Shown one piece after another: positions 28,942-39,132 of a stretch of 64,000 nucleotides of DNA (within the stretch, counting starts at the first letter, position 1; the number at the start of each line of letters is the position of its first letter). A program made the position numbers and the translations under genes. The notes beneath the pieces were generated by a model, which ran no database searches, was not told the DNA's origin, and saw only the letters and a list, made by a program, of their open reading frames with translations. The stretch spans positions 19,623 to 83,622 of the forward strand of contig JAQBZH010000005.1 of the NCBI GenBank assembly GCA_027622005.1, in the 5' to 3' direction. This DNA is from Bacteroidota bacterium (lineage in GTDB: Bacteria; Bacteroidota; Rhodothermia; Rhodothermales; UBA10348).

Positions 28942-30978
28942 ATGATGTTATCTCGCACGGCCGCAGCCTCCCTTGTTTTTCTGACGCTAGGATTGACCTC
29001 CTGTTCAAGCTCTTCACACGTAACTTCTACGCAGAACAATAGTGGCGCCGGCCTTCCACTTGCCATGGTAAATGGTGAAGCCATCACGCCGGAAGAATTT
29101 GCTTACCAATTCGGTCGTACTTCAACCAGTATCGGAGGGGCCCCTTACGACTCGCTGGAAGCTTTAGAGGATTTTCTAACCCGATATGTCGATTTTAAAG
29201 TAAAGGTACTCGAGGCCAAAGAAGCCGGTTACGATAAATTGCCGGACCTTGAAGCAGAAATAGGTCAGTACCGCACGCAGTTAGCTCGCCCATTTTTACT
29301 AGAACGGAAAGTGATTGAGCCGCTCGTCGAGGAGATGTATGATCGCCGGAAGGAAGCGGTAGACGCTAGCCATATCCTGTTGACGGTTGCCGAAAATGCC
29401 TCCCCCACGGATACATTGGCAGCTTACACCATGATTTCGAGCCTTCGTGATTCGGTATTAGCTGGTGCGGATTTCGGACAGCTTGCCGTGAATTACTCTG
29501 ATGATCCGAGCGCTAAAGGTGCTCCTGGCACTCCTGGACACCAGGGAAGTTTGGGGTTTTTTGGTGGCGGTCGCATGGTTGAAGCATTCGAAAATCAAGC
29601 TTATTCCACACCAGTTGGCGGAGTTTCGCCCGTTTTCCGATCACAGTTCGGATATCACATTCTAAAGGTGAACGACCGGCGGGCCATGCCGGATGACCGG
29701 CTATTGGCACACATCATGTTGCGTCCAAGGGGCCCGGCCGCGGCCGATGCCGCTGATCTAGATCAAAGGCTGTCTCAGGTATCTTCCAAACTGGCGGCAG
29801 GTGAGACTTTTGAAAACCTAGCCAATGAGTTTTCGGACGATCGTCAGTCAGCAGAAAAACGGGGCGAATTGGGCGTAATCTCGTATGATGCCGGACTCCC
29901 TTTTTCATTTAGAGATGCAGCATTTGACATCCAAGTGGAAGGAGAAGTAGTTGGCCCCGTGCAAACTTCCTTTGGTTACCATTTCATCAAAGTAGTTAAA
30001 ATCGTAAAATTGGGCACTTTTCAAGAGGAATATGAAAGCTTAAAAAGTCAGGTCAGCCGATTGCCGAGGGCTGCGGCGGCGGAAAAAGCATATGCCGTCG
30101 AGTTGAGAAATGATCTAGGATTTTGGGTAGACTCGACTAGGCTAAATCTTTGGGGGACATCGTTTAGTGAGGATTCCCTGTTTAGGATGTTGGTTCAAAA
30201 GACCTATTCTTTAAACGATTCGTCTCATGTCTTGCTGAAGCTCGGCTCCAATGAATACACCATTGCGGACTTTTCAAATTTTATCGCTTCTGGCAAAATA
30301 CCTGAAGCCAGAAGGCCCCAGCCTCGCCTGTATACCATAGCAGAAGACTTTCTTGACGGCGAGGCCATCCAACACGAGATAGAGGTTTTAGAGGTTCGAG
30401 AACCCGAATTCGCCCGTACAATGCAGGATTTCCGAGACGGATTGGTTTTGTTTCGGTTGATGGAGGACTCGGTATGGACCGCAGCTTCGACTGATTCTAT
30501 CGGAATCAAAGCGTTTTATGAATCCAACAAGGCCAAATATTCGTTCCAGGATCGGATTCGAGTTCTAAGTTTTTCGGCGGTTTCTGATTCTTTGGTCAAT
30601 GGGGTTATCACCAGATACCGACAGGAGTCCGCGGCTGATGCGCTGACATGGGCCGAAGGGGTTTCAAATTTGGCGATTCGTATCGACACGACGTATGTCG
30701 AAGAGAAGTCGGGATCTATATACGACCAAGTATTTGACCTCCAACCGGGACAAATCACGAACTCAACGCCCTACAATCGAGGGTTCATAGCTCTGGCTCA
30801 TGCTGGAATTGACCCCGCTCATCCGATGAGTTTTGACGAAGCCCGGTCGGTGTTGCTCAATGAGTTTCAAAGTGAAATTGAACGCTTGCTACTAATTCGC
30901 CTACGATCGAAATACGAAGTTCAACTATTTCCCGAAAGATTGAAGGCTAATTTCCCAACTTCTGCCGTCACCAAATAG
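28942..30978 (+). CDS. Parvulin-type peptidyl-prolyl isomerase lipoprotein (two PpiC domains)
   Basis: Lipobox LTSC; ASHIL...FGQLAVNYSDD...FENQAY...QFGYHILKV; second domain AHIM...FSDD...FGYHFIK. Confidence 0.9.
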   Translation: MMLSRTAAASLVFLTLGLTSCSSSSHVTSTQNNSGAGLPLAMVNGEAITPEEFAYQFGRTSTSIGGAPYDSLEALEDFLTRYVDFKVKVLEAKEAGYDKLPDLEAEIGQYRTQLARPFLLERKVIEPLVEEMYDRRKEAVDASHILLTVAENASPTDTLAAYTMISSLRDSVLAGADFGQLAVNYSDDPSAKGAPGTPGHQGSLGFFGGGRMVEAFENQAYSTPVGGVSPVFRSQFGYHILKVNDRRAMPDDRLLAHIMLRPRGPAAADAADLDQRLSQVSSKLAAGETFENLANEFSDDRQSAEKRGELGVISYDAGLPFSFRDAAFDIQVEGEVVGPVQTSFGYHFIKVVKIVKLGTFQEEYESLKSQVSRLPRAAAAEKAYAVELRNDLGFWVDSTRLNLWGTSFSEDSLFRMLVQKTYSLNDSSHVLLKLGSNEYTIADFSNFIASGKIPEARRPQPRLYTIAEDFLDGEAIQHEIEVLEVREPEFARTMQDFRDGLVLFRLMEDSVWTAASTDSIGIKAFYESNKAKYSFQDRIRVLSFSAVSDSLVNGVITRYRQESAADALTWAEGVSNLAIRIDTTYVEEKSGSIYDQVFDLQPGQITNSTPYNRGFIALAHAGIDPAHPMSFDEARSVLLNEFQSEIERLLLIRLRSKYEVQLFPERLKANFPTSAVTK

Positions 30979-30981
30979 GCC

Positions 30982-31857
30982 ATGACCGTAGCCCCCTTCA
31001 TCCGAAACCTAGCAGGCTTGTTAGTTTTAACTGCTTTCATTGGTTGCTCCAGTGATTCGGGTCCGGAGGATTATATCGCAAAAGTCGGTTCTTCCTATCT
31101 GACCATGGCCGATATCGAACGGTCGCTCGAAAATCAATCGGCTTTTCTGGATTCTGCAGATGCCGTTTCCCAGATCGTAGAACGTTGGATTACAAATGAG
31201 TTGCTTTACCAAGAGGCGCTTAGTCAAGACCTCCGTAAAGATCCTGAAGTTCGGCGTTTGCTAGAGGATAATGAGCGCTCGGTGTTGATTAGCGCTTTGG
31301 TCAACAAAATGACAACCGAGGACCTCGAGGGTGGGCCGAGTGACGATGCCATCCGAACGTACTATGAGCAAAACCGGGATCAGTTGACCCTTCGAGAACC
31401 CTTTGTTCAAATTAGACATCTAGCTTTTTCCTCTCCCGACTCCGCCGCCATTTTCCGCCGCTCTGTCGCTGCAATGGGAACGGGTGCGCTCGGAAAGGCC
31501 CAATTTGCTCGTCTAGCGGCAATTTACGGGGAAGATGGCCCGAATCCTGAAACCTACTATCCTCAAAGTCAATTATTTTCGGCGATTCCGGGCTTGGTTG
31601 AGGCTATTTCCGAACTATCACCGGGACAAACGCTTCCCATAGTGAACGATGGCAGCCGCTATCACATATTTCAACTCATTCGCAGAATGGAGACTGGAAG
31701 TGTCCCCGCAATGGAGTTGATTGTTGATGATTTGCGGGCTAAAGTCTCTATTCAGCTCAGGAAACAGTTGTATGGACGACAGGTTCAACAGCTTCGTACT
31801 CGAGCCTTGGCGCGTGACGAATTGGAGGTCAAATTGACCCGAGAAACAAGCAATTGA
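30982..31857 (+). CDS. Peptidyl-prolyl isomerase-like lipoprotein (degenerate parvulin)
   Basis: Lipobox-like FIGC, IAKVGSSYLT, WITNELLYQEA, IRTYYEQN, YHIFQL; lies between two PPIase genes. Confidence 0.75.
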   Translation: MTVAPFIRNLAGLLVLTAFIGCSSDSGPEDYIAKVGSSYLTMADIERSLENQSAFLDSADAVSQIVERWITNELLYQEALSQDLRKDPEVRRLLEDNERSVLISALVNKMTTEDLEGGPSDDAIRTYYEQNRDQLTLREPFVQIRHLAFSSPDSAAIFRRSVAAMGTGALGKAQFARLAAIYGEDGPNPETYYPQSQLFSAIPGLVEAISELSPGQTLPIVNDGSRYHIFQLIRRMETGSVPAMELIVDDLRAKVSIQLRKQLYGRQVQQLRTRALARDELEVKLTRETSN

Positions 31858-31978
31858 AATACTTTTCGCGAACCTCATCCGTTAGTTCGTAAAATCCTTT
31901 CTTAGAAGTCGTAGAACCAGTCGGGATTAACGCCAGGCTTAATATTTTGCGCATTATCATCCGTTTTATCCCATTGGT

Positions 31979-33352
31979 ATGAATCTTTCCGCTCTGAAAA
32001 CTGGACTAATTTTACGTATTGCTGCATTTCTAATCCTTCTCGGAGCAACCCTGCCTAAAAATCAGGCAGCAGCGCAGGACCAGAAGATTCTGGATGAAAT
32101 TGTTGCCGTAGTTGGGAATAGCATTATCCTTCAGTCTGAAGTCGACGGATATGTTCTTGGATTGATCGCTAGACAACAGATGGTTTACTCTGACGAACTG
32201 TGGCAATCGGCCCTCGATCAGTTGATCAACGAAAAAGTGCTGGTCATCCACGCCAAAAGAGATACGAACTTAGTGGTCACCGATTTAGAGGTCGATCAAG
32301 GGCTGGATTCAAGGATTGATGCCATGAAAACCCAGGTCGGCGGTCAAGCAAGGCTGGAAGACCTGTATGGTAAAACAGTGATCGAAATTAAAGCCGAGCT
32401 TCGGGAGGATTACCGCGACCAAATTTTGGCTGAGAATTTTCGTCGGCAAAAAGTCAATGGAATTAAGGCCACTCCTACGGATGTGAGGGCTTGGTTTGAC
32501 TCTTTTCCTACGGATTCTTTGCCCACCCTGCCTCTCATGGTGCGTGTTTCCCATTTGGTTCGGATGCCCGTAGTGACCCAAGTAGCTCGGGATGAAGCGA
32601 CGGAGATTATTACGGCCATTCGCGACTCGGTGATTGCGGGCGTAATCGACATGGAAAACATGGCGGAGCTTTTCTCCGATGACCCAGGCTCTGCGGAGAA
32701 GGGAGGTCTTTACGAAGACATGTCGTTGTCAGAAGTGGTCCCCGAATTTGCAGCCGTTGCGGCTCGATCCCCCATTGGTGCTTATTCGAGAGTATTTGAA
32801 ACGCAATTTGGTCTTCATTTTCTTCGGGTGAATGCTCGGCGAGGTGAACGAATCGACTATAACCACATTTTGGTCGCTTTTGATGAGCGAAAAGTAGATT
32901 CGGGCCCCGCGATCTCTTTTTTAACCCAAATGAGAGATTCTGTCTTGACCGGCGGTGCTTCGTTCGCTGTTTTGGCTTCTCAAAATTCAGAAGAGGAATC
33001 TTCCAAAGCGACGGGTGGACGAGTGTCCGATCCCAAGTCAGGCGAGCGCAATTTATATCTGGAGGCTCTGGGAGCCTTATGGCAAAAAACGTTGTTAACG
33101 ATGGAGGTAGGTGATATTTCTGAGCCTTCTGAAGTACAGCTGATCGATGGGCGCCGAGCGTTTCACATCGTGAAACTTGAGGCGCGAATTCCCGAACACC
33201 GCGTAGATATTTCGACTGATTACAAATTGATCTCGCAACGAGCTCTGGAATTCAAACAATCAGATGTCATGCAAAAATGGCTCGCGGATCTCAAAGCTGA
33301 TGTTTATATCGACCTTAGGGGAAAAGCCCGCGATTCTCTGGCCAAGAACTAA
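31979..33352 (+). CDS. SurA-like chaperone/peptidyl-prolyl isomerase
   Basis: LDEIVAVVGNSIILQSEV (SurA N-terminus) and two parvulin domains (FSDDPGSAEKGG, TQFGLHF). Confidence 0.88.
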   Translation: MNLSALKTGLILRIAAFLILLGATLPKNQAAAQDQKILDEIVAVVGNSIILQSEVDGYVLGLIARQQMVYSDELWQSALDQLINEKVLVIHAKRDTNLVVTDLEVDQGLDSRIDAMKTQVGGQARLEDLYGKTVIEIKAELREDYRDQILAENFRRQKVNGIKATPTDVRAWFDSFPTDSLPTLPLMVRVSHLVRMPVVTQVARDEATEIITAIRDSVIAGVIDMENMAELFSDDPGSAEKGGLYEDMSLSEVVPEFAAVAARSPIGAYSRVFETQFGLHFLRVNARRGERIDYNHILVAFDERKVDSGPAISFLTQMRDSVLTGGASFAVLASQNSEEESSKATGGRVSDPKSGERNLYLEALGALWQKTLLTMEVGDISEPSEVQLIDGRRAFHIVKLEARIPEHRVDISTDYKLISQRALEFKQSDVMQKWLADLKADVYIDLRGKARDSLAKN

Positions 33353-33421
33353 TTTGTGATGGTCCTTCGGCCACACGTATGTTTGGGCCCCGACTTCTTA
33401 CTCTTAATCTTATTGTCCTAG

Positions 33422-34411
33422 ATGGAAATTAAAACATCCCCCGAAACGGTCGAAGAACTTCACGCCGGTTATAAAGCGCTTCGATCCGAAGTCGGAAAGG
33501 TAATTGTCGGACAGGAACACATCATTCTCCAGATATTTATCAGCATGATTTGCCGCGGTCATGCCTTGCTGGTCGGCGTACCTGGTCTCGCAAAAACGCT
33601 TTTAATTCACACGATTGCAGACGCTATCGACCTTCAATTTTCCCGTATCCAGTTTACCCCCGACTTGATGCCGAGCGACATTACGGGAACTGAACTCATT
33701 GAAGAAGACGCCACGACCGGACGTCGGCAGTTTAAATTTGTGAAAGGACCCGTATTTGCCAACGTGGTCCTAGCTGATGAAATCAATAGAACACCTCCCA
33801 AAACGCAGGCCGCGCTTCTTGAAGCTATGCAGGAGCATCGCGTAACGGCAGCAGGCCACACGTACACCTTACCTGAACCCTTCTTCGTGTTGGCTACGCA
33901 GAATCCCATCGAACAAGAAGGGACTTATCCTTTGCCAGAAGCACAATTGGACCGTTTTATGTTTAATTTGTGGCTGGACTATCCAACTTTCGCGGAAGAA
34001 ATGGACATTGTCCGCCAAACGACAAGTGCATCCAAACCTCAGCTCAGCACTGTGATGACCGCTTCAGATATTCAAAGGTATCAACAAGTGGTTCGGCAGA
34101 TTCCCGTTGCTGATAACGTGATTGAATACGCGGTCAAGTTGGTGACAAAAACACGTCCCAAAGGCGAAAACGCCCCTGCATTCGTAAAGGAATATCTGAA
34201 TTACGGAGCCGGCCCCCGAGCTTCTCAGTTTCTCATCTTGGGCGCCAAAGCCACAGCCGCACTTGAGGGACGCTTAACCCCTAGCATTAAGGACGTGAAT
34301 GATATTGCCGTCTCTGTGCTTCGCCACCGAATCGTGACCAATTTTACTGCAGAAGCCGAAGGCGTCAGTCCTGTAGATGTGATAAATCGGTTGATGAGCT
34401 CCGAAGCCTAA
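33422..34411 (+). CDS. MoxR-family AAA+ ATPase
   Basis: GVPGLAKT, RIQFTPDLMPSD, LADEINRTPPKTQAALLEAM, ATQNPIEQEGTYPLPEAQLDRF. Confidence 0.95.
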   Translation: MEIKTSPETVEELHAGYKALRSEVGKVIVGQEHIILQIFISMICRGHALLVGVPGLAKTLLIHTIADAIDLQFSRIQFTPDLMPSDITGTELIEEDATTGRRQFKFVKGPVFANVVLADEINRTPPKTQAALLEAMQEHRVTAAGHTYTLPEPFFVLATQNPIEQEGTYPLPEAQLDRFMFNLWLDYPTFAEEMDIVRQTTSASKPQLSTVMTASDIQRYQQVVRQIPVADNVIEYAVKLVTKTRPKGENAPAFVKEYLNYGAGPRASQFLILGAKATAALEGRLTPSIKDVNDIAVSVLRHRIVTNFTAEAEGVSPVDVINRLMSSEA

Positions 34412-34469
34412 GGGCAAAGATTTGGTTTACCTATATTGAGGCGTTGAACACCCTCAAGGACTTCTGGCG

Positions 34470-35798
34470 ATGACACTTTCACGTCCTGTAACTACCATCG
34501 GAACGAACTGGGCGTTGCTACCTGATGGCTGGCATCAACGCGTTGAAATCGGTATTGATGAAACGGGCTCCATTTGTTCACTCGGTCCCTGGACCGATGC
34601 CCAGGTTACCCACACCCTGAATGTGGCGATTCCGGGAATGATCAACATTCATTCTCACGCTTTTCAGCGAAAACTGGTTGGTAGAACGCAGCGATTTACC
34701 AAATCCGATGACGATTTCTGGTCATGGCGCTCGGGTATGTATAAGGATGTGGCGGAATTGACCCCAACTGGGCAGTTTGAGTGCGCAAACGCCTTATATC
34801 ATGAGTTGCTAGAAAACGGATACACAACAGTCGCTGAATTTCAATATGCACACGGTGCCGAGGACCGAGAAGATCTTGAGACCGCGACCTACATGTCAGA
34901 AGCCCTTATGCGGGCCAGTCGAAGCTCAGGCATCCGGATGCTCTTGCTCCCCGTGCTGTACCAACAGGCAGGATTCGGTGATCGTCCGGCTTCGCTCGAC
35001 CAACGTCCATTTGTGCTCGATACGTCGGTCTACCTTGAGTTGATGGATCATTTAATGGATGTATCAAGATCGGAACCGCTTGTTACGGTTGGTTATGCGC
35101 CTCATTCTCTTCGCGCTGTAGGTTATGATGCGCTCTCGGATTTACTAGATCATCGAGAGTCAAAAGCCCCTGGTTCCCCCTTACATATCCACGTGTCAGA
35201 ACAAGTCCGAGAAGTTACCGAATGTATGTTAGGTACCGGTATGAGGCCGATTGAGTGGCTATTTCGGAATTTCAATGTGGATTCAAACTGGTGCATGATC
35301 CACTCTACCCACGCTTCAAAAGCCGAATTAGATTCTATCATACAATCAGGAGTAACGGTAGGCCTGTGTCCCACGACAGAAGGAGATCTCGGGGACGGGG
35401 CGTTTCCTTTAGCTGATTTTGTAGGTAAAGGTGGCAATTTTGCTATTGGAACGGACAGTAATGTCTGTGTGTCGCCGGCCGAAGAGATTCGGTTTATCGA
35501 CTACCAAGCGCGAATACTCTCGCGGAAGCGCAATGCGTTCAAATTCGACGGCAGTTTGAGCGCCGCAACTCGCCTTTACCAAAAGGCTCTCGAAGGCGGA
35601 CGCGCCGCTACGGGCGTAAGGGTGGGTCGGATTGAAATAGGGTCCCAAGCGGATTTTGTTGAATTGCTCGAAGATCATCCGCTAAGCCAAAACAGATCCG
35701 CCGACGAAATCTTGAGCGCCTACGTTTACAGTGCTGGACGAGATCTCATTGGAAAAGTATTGGTGTCGGGGAAACCGGTGGTCGAGCACAAATCCTAG
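34470..35798 (+). CDS. hutF: Formimidoylglutamate deiminase
   Basis: NIHSHAFQR, DFWSWR, VAEFQY, APHSLRAV, HIHVSEQ, CPTTEGDLGDG, GTDSN. Confidence 0.9.
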   Translation: MTLSRPVTTIGTNWALLPDGWHQRVEIGIDETGSICSLGPWTDAQVTHTLNVAIPGMINIHSHAFQRKLVGRTQRFTKSDDDFWSWRSGMYKDVAELTPTGQFECANALYHELLENGYTTVAEFQYAHGAEDREDLETATYMSEALMRASRSSGIRMLLLPVLYQQAGFGDRPASLDQRPFVLDTSVYLELMDHLMDVSRSEPLVTVGYAPHSLRAVGYDALSDLLDHRESKAPGSPLHIHVSEQVREVTECMLGTGMRPIEWLFRNFNVDSNWCMIHSTHASKAELDSIIQSGVTVGLCPTTEGDLGDGAFPLADFVGKGGNFAIGTDSNVCVSPAEEIRFIDYQARILSRKRNAFKFDGSLSAATRLYQKALEGGRAATGVRVGRIEIGSQADFVELLEDHPLSQNRSADEILSAYVYSAGRDLIGKVLVSGKPVVEHKS

Positions 35799-35865
35799 AT
35801 TCAGACGAGCCTCGATCACGGTAAAATTCACTTGCAAATGATCCGCAATAACGGCTTAACGTTTT

Positions 35866-35965
35866 TGGCGGACGAGTAGCTCTATCCGTCGGCAACAATT
35901 CAGCCGCAAATGGCATTAAAAAACTTTCCAGCTGATGTGGAGTAACTGAGGTTACAAAACGGCTA
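35866..35965 (+). ncRNA. Structured intergenic RNA resembling the Acido-Lenti-1 motif
   Basis: 5' hairpin GGCGGA-CGAG-TAG-CTC-TA-TCCGTC, then GGCAACAAT, AGCCG...CGGCT closing stem, TGGCATTAAAAAACT loop and possible pseudoknot pairings. The match to the Rfam motif is from memory, not a search. TTGCAA/TAACGT promoter-like words lie upstream. Confidence 0.55.
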
Positions 35966-36026
35966 TTACTTTAAGGAAAACATTTTATAGGTTGCTATTT
36001 TGAGATTCCACTACCGTTTAATACCG

Positions 36027-37790
36027 ATGCAATTCCGATCCATTTTAGCCTGTGTCCTGGTGCTTCTTCTTTTAGGAAGCGCCAATCCGGATCCATATCC
36101 CGACAACTATTTTCGATCCCCGCTTGGAATTCCCTTGTACCTGTCCGGAGGTTTTGCAGAAATGCGAAACAATCATTTCCACGGTGGTCTGGATATAAAA
36201 ACCCAAGGAAAAACCGGATTTCGGGTATATAGCGCTGCAGACGGATGGATATCGAGGATTGTGATTTCCGGATCAGGTTATGGAAACGCGCTTTATGTTT
36301 CTCATCCGAATGGACACATGACCGTTTATGGTCACTTGAATGGTTTTAGAACAGATATTCAGGAGTATATGAAGGGCTTGCAGTATGAAAAGCAGTCCTT
36401 TGAAGCCGAGTATTTTCCCAACAAAGATCAGTTTCCTGTCTTGAAGGGAGACGATATTGCTTTATCGGGAAATACGGGCGGGTCGGCGGGACCACATCTG
36501 CATTTCGAAGTCCGAGATGAAACAAACGGCGCTCCCGTTAATCCCCTCTTGTGGGGTTTTGACGTTAAGGATTCTATCAGACCCCGAATCTTTAGAATAA
36601 AGGTGTATGCTCTAGGGAATAATTCGTTGGTGCGAGTGAGAGACCGAAAAACGGGTGGATGGAAAAAAATCACTTATGGCCAATCGACCACGATTGAAGC
36701 CTCGCTGGTTAACGGAAAACATGTTTTTACCGCTGCTGACAAAATTGAAGCTGCTGGCGACGTCGGATTTGCCATTCAAGGTCAAGATCAGCACGACGGC
36801 TCATCCAATCGTCTGGGATTTTACACGATTCAATTGACTGACAATGGTTCGACCGTTTTCAAGTCAACGATGGATCAGATTTTGTTCGATCAAATGCGCT
36901 ATATCAACGCACACCACGATTTTGCAGAACGGCGAAAATCAGGACGGTGGTTTGAGCGAAGCTTTATTCTGCCCGGCAATAATCTACCGATTTATCAAAG
37001 CGACCGTCGTGGCATACTTTCTCTAGTAAGCGGGGAAAAGCATGCTATGCAGTATCGCGTGACCGATGCACATGGCAACGAGTCGTCCCTTGATTTTATG
37101 GTGACCGGGATCGAGCCGACCCCAACGATCGTGACTGTTTCCAATTCGGAAGAAACGGCTTTTACCTTACCTTTCGATCAGGATTTTTCATATCGCGCAG
37201 AGGAAATTGCCGTAAATATCCCTACTGGGGCCCTGTACGAATCGGGTCGATTCTCCTATAGGGCTATTGAATCGACTAAAGCGACTAATATTTACTCCAA
37301 CATCCACGTCGTTCATTCGCCGGATGTACCCATTCAGTCTTGGGTAACGCTCGAAATCGTTCCAACTCGGCTCCCAGAAGATTTACAGAGCAAAGCAGGT
37401 ATTGTTAAAGTTGCAAGCAACGGCAGCATTTCGTGGATCGGCGGGACCTATGATCAGGGGGTAATTCGCGGGCGCATTCGCAATTTCGATCGGTTTGCCG
37501 TCGGCGCCGACAGCCAGCGACCAACCATTCGTCCATTGAACCTGGTTGCAAATCAGAATCTGTCACGCGTCGGCGAGATTCGCGTTCGAATTGCCGATAA
37601 TCTGAGCGGAATCGGGTCTTACTCTGGTACAATCGATGGACGCTGGGTCCTATTTGAATACGATGCCAAAAATGCAGTGATCGTGTACCGATTTGACGGA
37701 AGTGTGCCGTCTGGATCCCATCAACTCGAATTGGTAGTCAAAGACAACAAGGACAACCAAACGACCCTAACGATTCCATTCGTGCGATAA
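36027..37790 (+). CDS. M23-family metallopeptidase
   Basis: Signal peptide; HFHGGLD (HxxxD), YGHL, SGNTGGSAGPHLHFEVR (HxH). Confidence 0.92.
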   Translation: MQFRSILACVLVLLLLGSANPDPYPDNYFRSPLGIPLYLSGGFAEMRNNHFHGGLDIKTQGKTGFRVYSAADGWISRIVISGSGYGNALYVSHPNGHMTVYGHLNGFRTDIQEYMKGLQYEKQSFEAEYFPNKDQFPVLKGDDIALSGNTGGSAGPHLHFEVRDETNGAPVNPLLWGFDVKDSIRPRIFRIKVYALGNNSLVRVRDRKTGGWKKITYGQSTTIEASLVNGKHVFTAADKIEAAGDVGFAIQGQDQHDGSSNRLGFYTIQLTDNGSTVFKSTMDQILFDQMRYINAHHDFAERRKSGRWFERSFILPGNNLPIYQSDRRGILSLVSGEKHAMQYRVTDAHGNESSLDFMVTGIEPTPTIVTVSNSEETAFTLPFDQDFSYRAEEIAVNIPTGALYESGRFSYRAIESTKATNIYSNIHVVHSPDVPIQSWVTLEIVPTRLPEDLQSKAGIVKVASNGSISWIGGTYDQGVIRGRIRNFDRFAVGADSQRPTIRPLNLVANQNLSRVGEIRVRIADNLSGIGSYSGTIDGRWVLFEYDAKNAVIVYRFDGSVPSGSHQLELVVKDNKDNQTTLTIPFVR

Positions 37791-39128
37791 AACCGCGTCG
37801 GTTAATGCCTTTTGAGAAGGATCTAGATCGATGGCGAACGTCGGCCTCGTTTCCAGCTCTTTTAACTGCATTGGTTTTTCAACCGTTGATTTAGTTGCCA
37901 ACTCCACTGTTTCAGGAAATTTAGCTGGATGCGCGGTTGATAAGACAACGATTCTTGAAGGTGATCCCGCTTCTTCACGGAGTTTAAAGGCTGCAGCCAA
38001 TGCAATCGATGTATGCGGATCTGCCACGTACCCCGTTTCGGAATAGACTCTAGACATGGTCTCAAGCATTTTATCATCCGAAAAAGACATTCCTGTAATA
38101 AGCTCCCGCATTTCCACTGGGCTTAATAAGGCAAACAGCCGTTCATAATTTGAAGGCGAGCCTACATCCATTGCGTTTGACAAGGTCCGGATGGACGCAG
38201 TTTGTGAGGCATTTGGATCGGACAAATATCTCGAGAAGAAGTCGTTACTGTTGTGCGCCGTTACGAATTGAGATACCGGCATTCCAGACAAATGAGCCAT
38301 TACCCCAGCCGTTAAGTTTCCCAAGTTTCCAGATGGAACGACAAAGGAGATGTGAGGCGTCCCAAGCATTTTCGCGGCCCACACGTAGTACAGCATTTGT
38401 GGAATGAGCCGGCCAATATTGATCGAATTGGCCGTTGATAGATTCAAATCTTGCAATCGCTGGACTTCAAATGCCCCCTTGACCAACCGCTGGCAATCAT
38501 CAAAATTACCTTTTACCCTCAGCGGCAAGACGCCCGTCCGCTTGACGATCAGTTGTTGCTCCTGAATCCGGCTTGTCTGTGAAGCTGGAAATAACAGAAC
38601 AACGCGAACCCCTTCCATTCCGGAAAGGCCGTCCGCTACGGCGCTGCCGGTGTCACCTGAAGTAGCTACAAGAATGGTGACGCTTTTCCCCGTTTCTCTG
38701 ATGCGCTCCCCCAGCAAAAAAGCCATGGTTCGCGCGCCAAAGTCTTTGAACGAAAGCGTTGGGCCGTGGAAAAGTTCTAAAACGTGTATTTGCTCTTGGA
38801 ACGACTTGACTCCTTCCTGACCCTTTAGGGATGTGGGGATCAGTGGTTTTAGTGGGACCTCAAAGTTGAGCGCTTGTTCGACGAGTTCGACGACCTTTTT
38901 GGTCGAAAGGGCGCCTCCGAGCCATTGCTCCAAGAATGAAACGGAGCACGAATGAAACGAAGAGTTCGAAACGGCTGCCCAATTTATCCTGGGTACCTTT
39001 TTCGGGATATACAAACCTCCATCTTCAGCCAAGCCCTTTTCTACAGCGCTTAAAAGGCTTACAGCGACTCGCTCCTCGCTTAAATCAGGCGAGCGAGTAC
39101 TAACCAGTGAAAGAGGTGATTTGATCAT
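37767..39128 (-). CDS. thrC: Threonine synthase
   Basis: GLAEDGGLY, LELFHGPTLSFKDFG, ATSGDTG, ANSINIGRL, PSGNLGN, TAHPAKF. Confidence 0.95.
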   Translation of the reverse strand: MIKSPLSLVSTRSPDLSEERVAVSLLSAVEKGLAEDGGLYIPKKVPRINWAAVSNSSFHSCSVSFLEQWLGGALSTKKVVELVEQALNFEVPLKPLIPTSLKGQEGVKSFQEQIHVLELFHGPTLSFKDFGARTMAFLLGERIRETGKSVTILVATSGDTGSAVADGLSGMEGVRVVLLFPASQTSRIQEQQLIVKRTGVLPLRVKGNFDDCQRLVKGAFEVQRLQDLNLSTANSINIGRLIPQMLYYVWAAKMLGTPHISFVVPSGNLGNLTAGVMAHLSGMPVSQFVTAHNSNDFFSRYLSDPNASQTASIRTLSNAMDVGSPSNYERLFALLSPVEMRELITGMSFSDDKMLETMSRVYSETGYVADPHTSIALAAAFKLREEAGSPSRIVVLSTAHPAKFPETVELATKSTVEKPMQLKELETRPTFAIDLDPSQKALTDAVLSHEWNR

Positions 39129-39132
39129 CTGA

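Noticed and set aside
34470-35798. hutF apart from other hut genes; also thrBC without thrA and moaDE without moaAC
   Set aside because: Dispersed pathway genes are common and the rest may lie outside the window.
35925-35960. Hammerhead- or fluoride-riboswitch-like CTGATG word
   Set aside because: Core reads CTGATGT rather than CTGATGA, and there is no GAAA core or fluoride 5' motif; the Acido-Lenti-1-like reading fits better.
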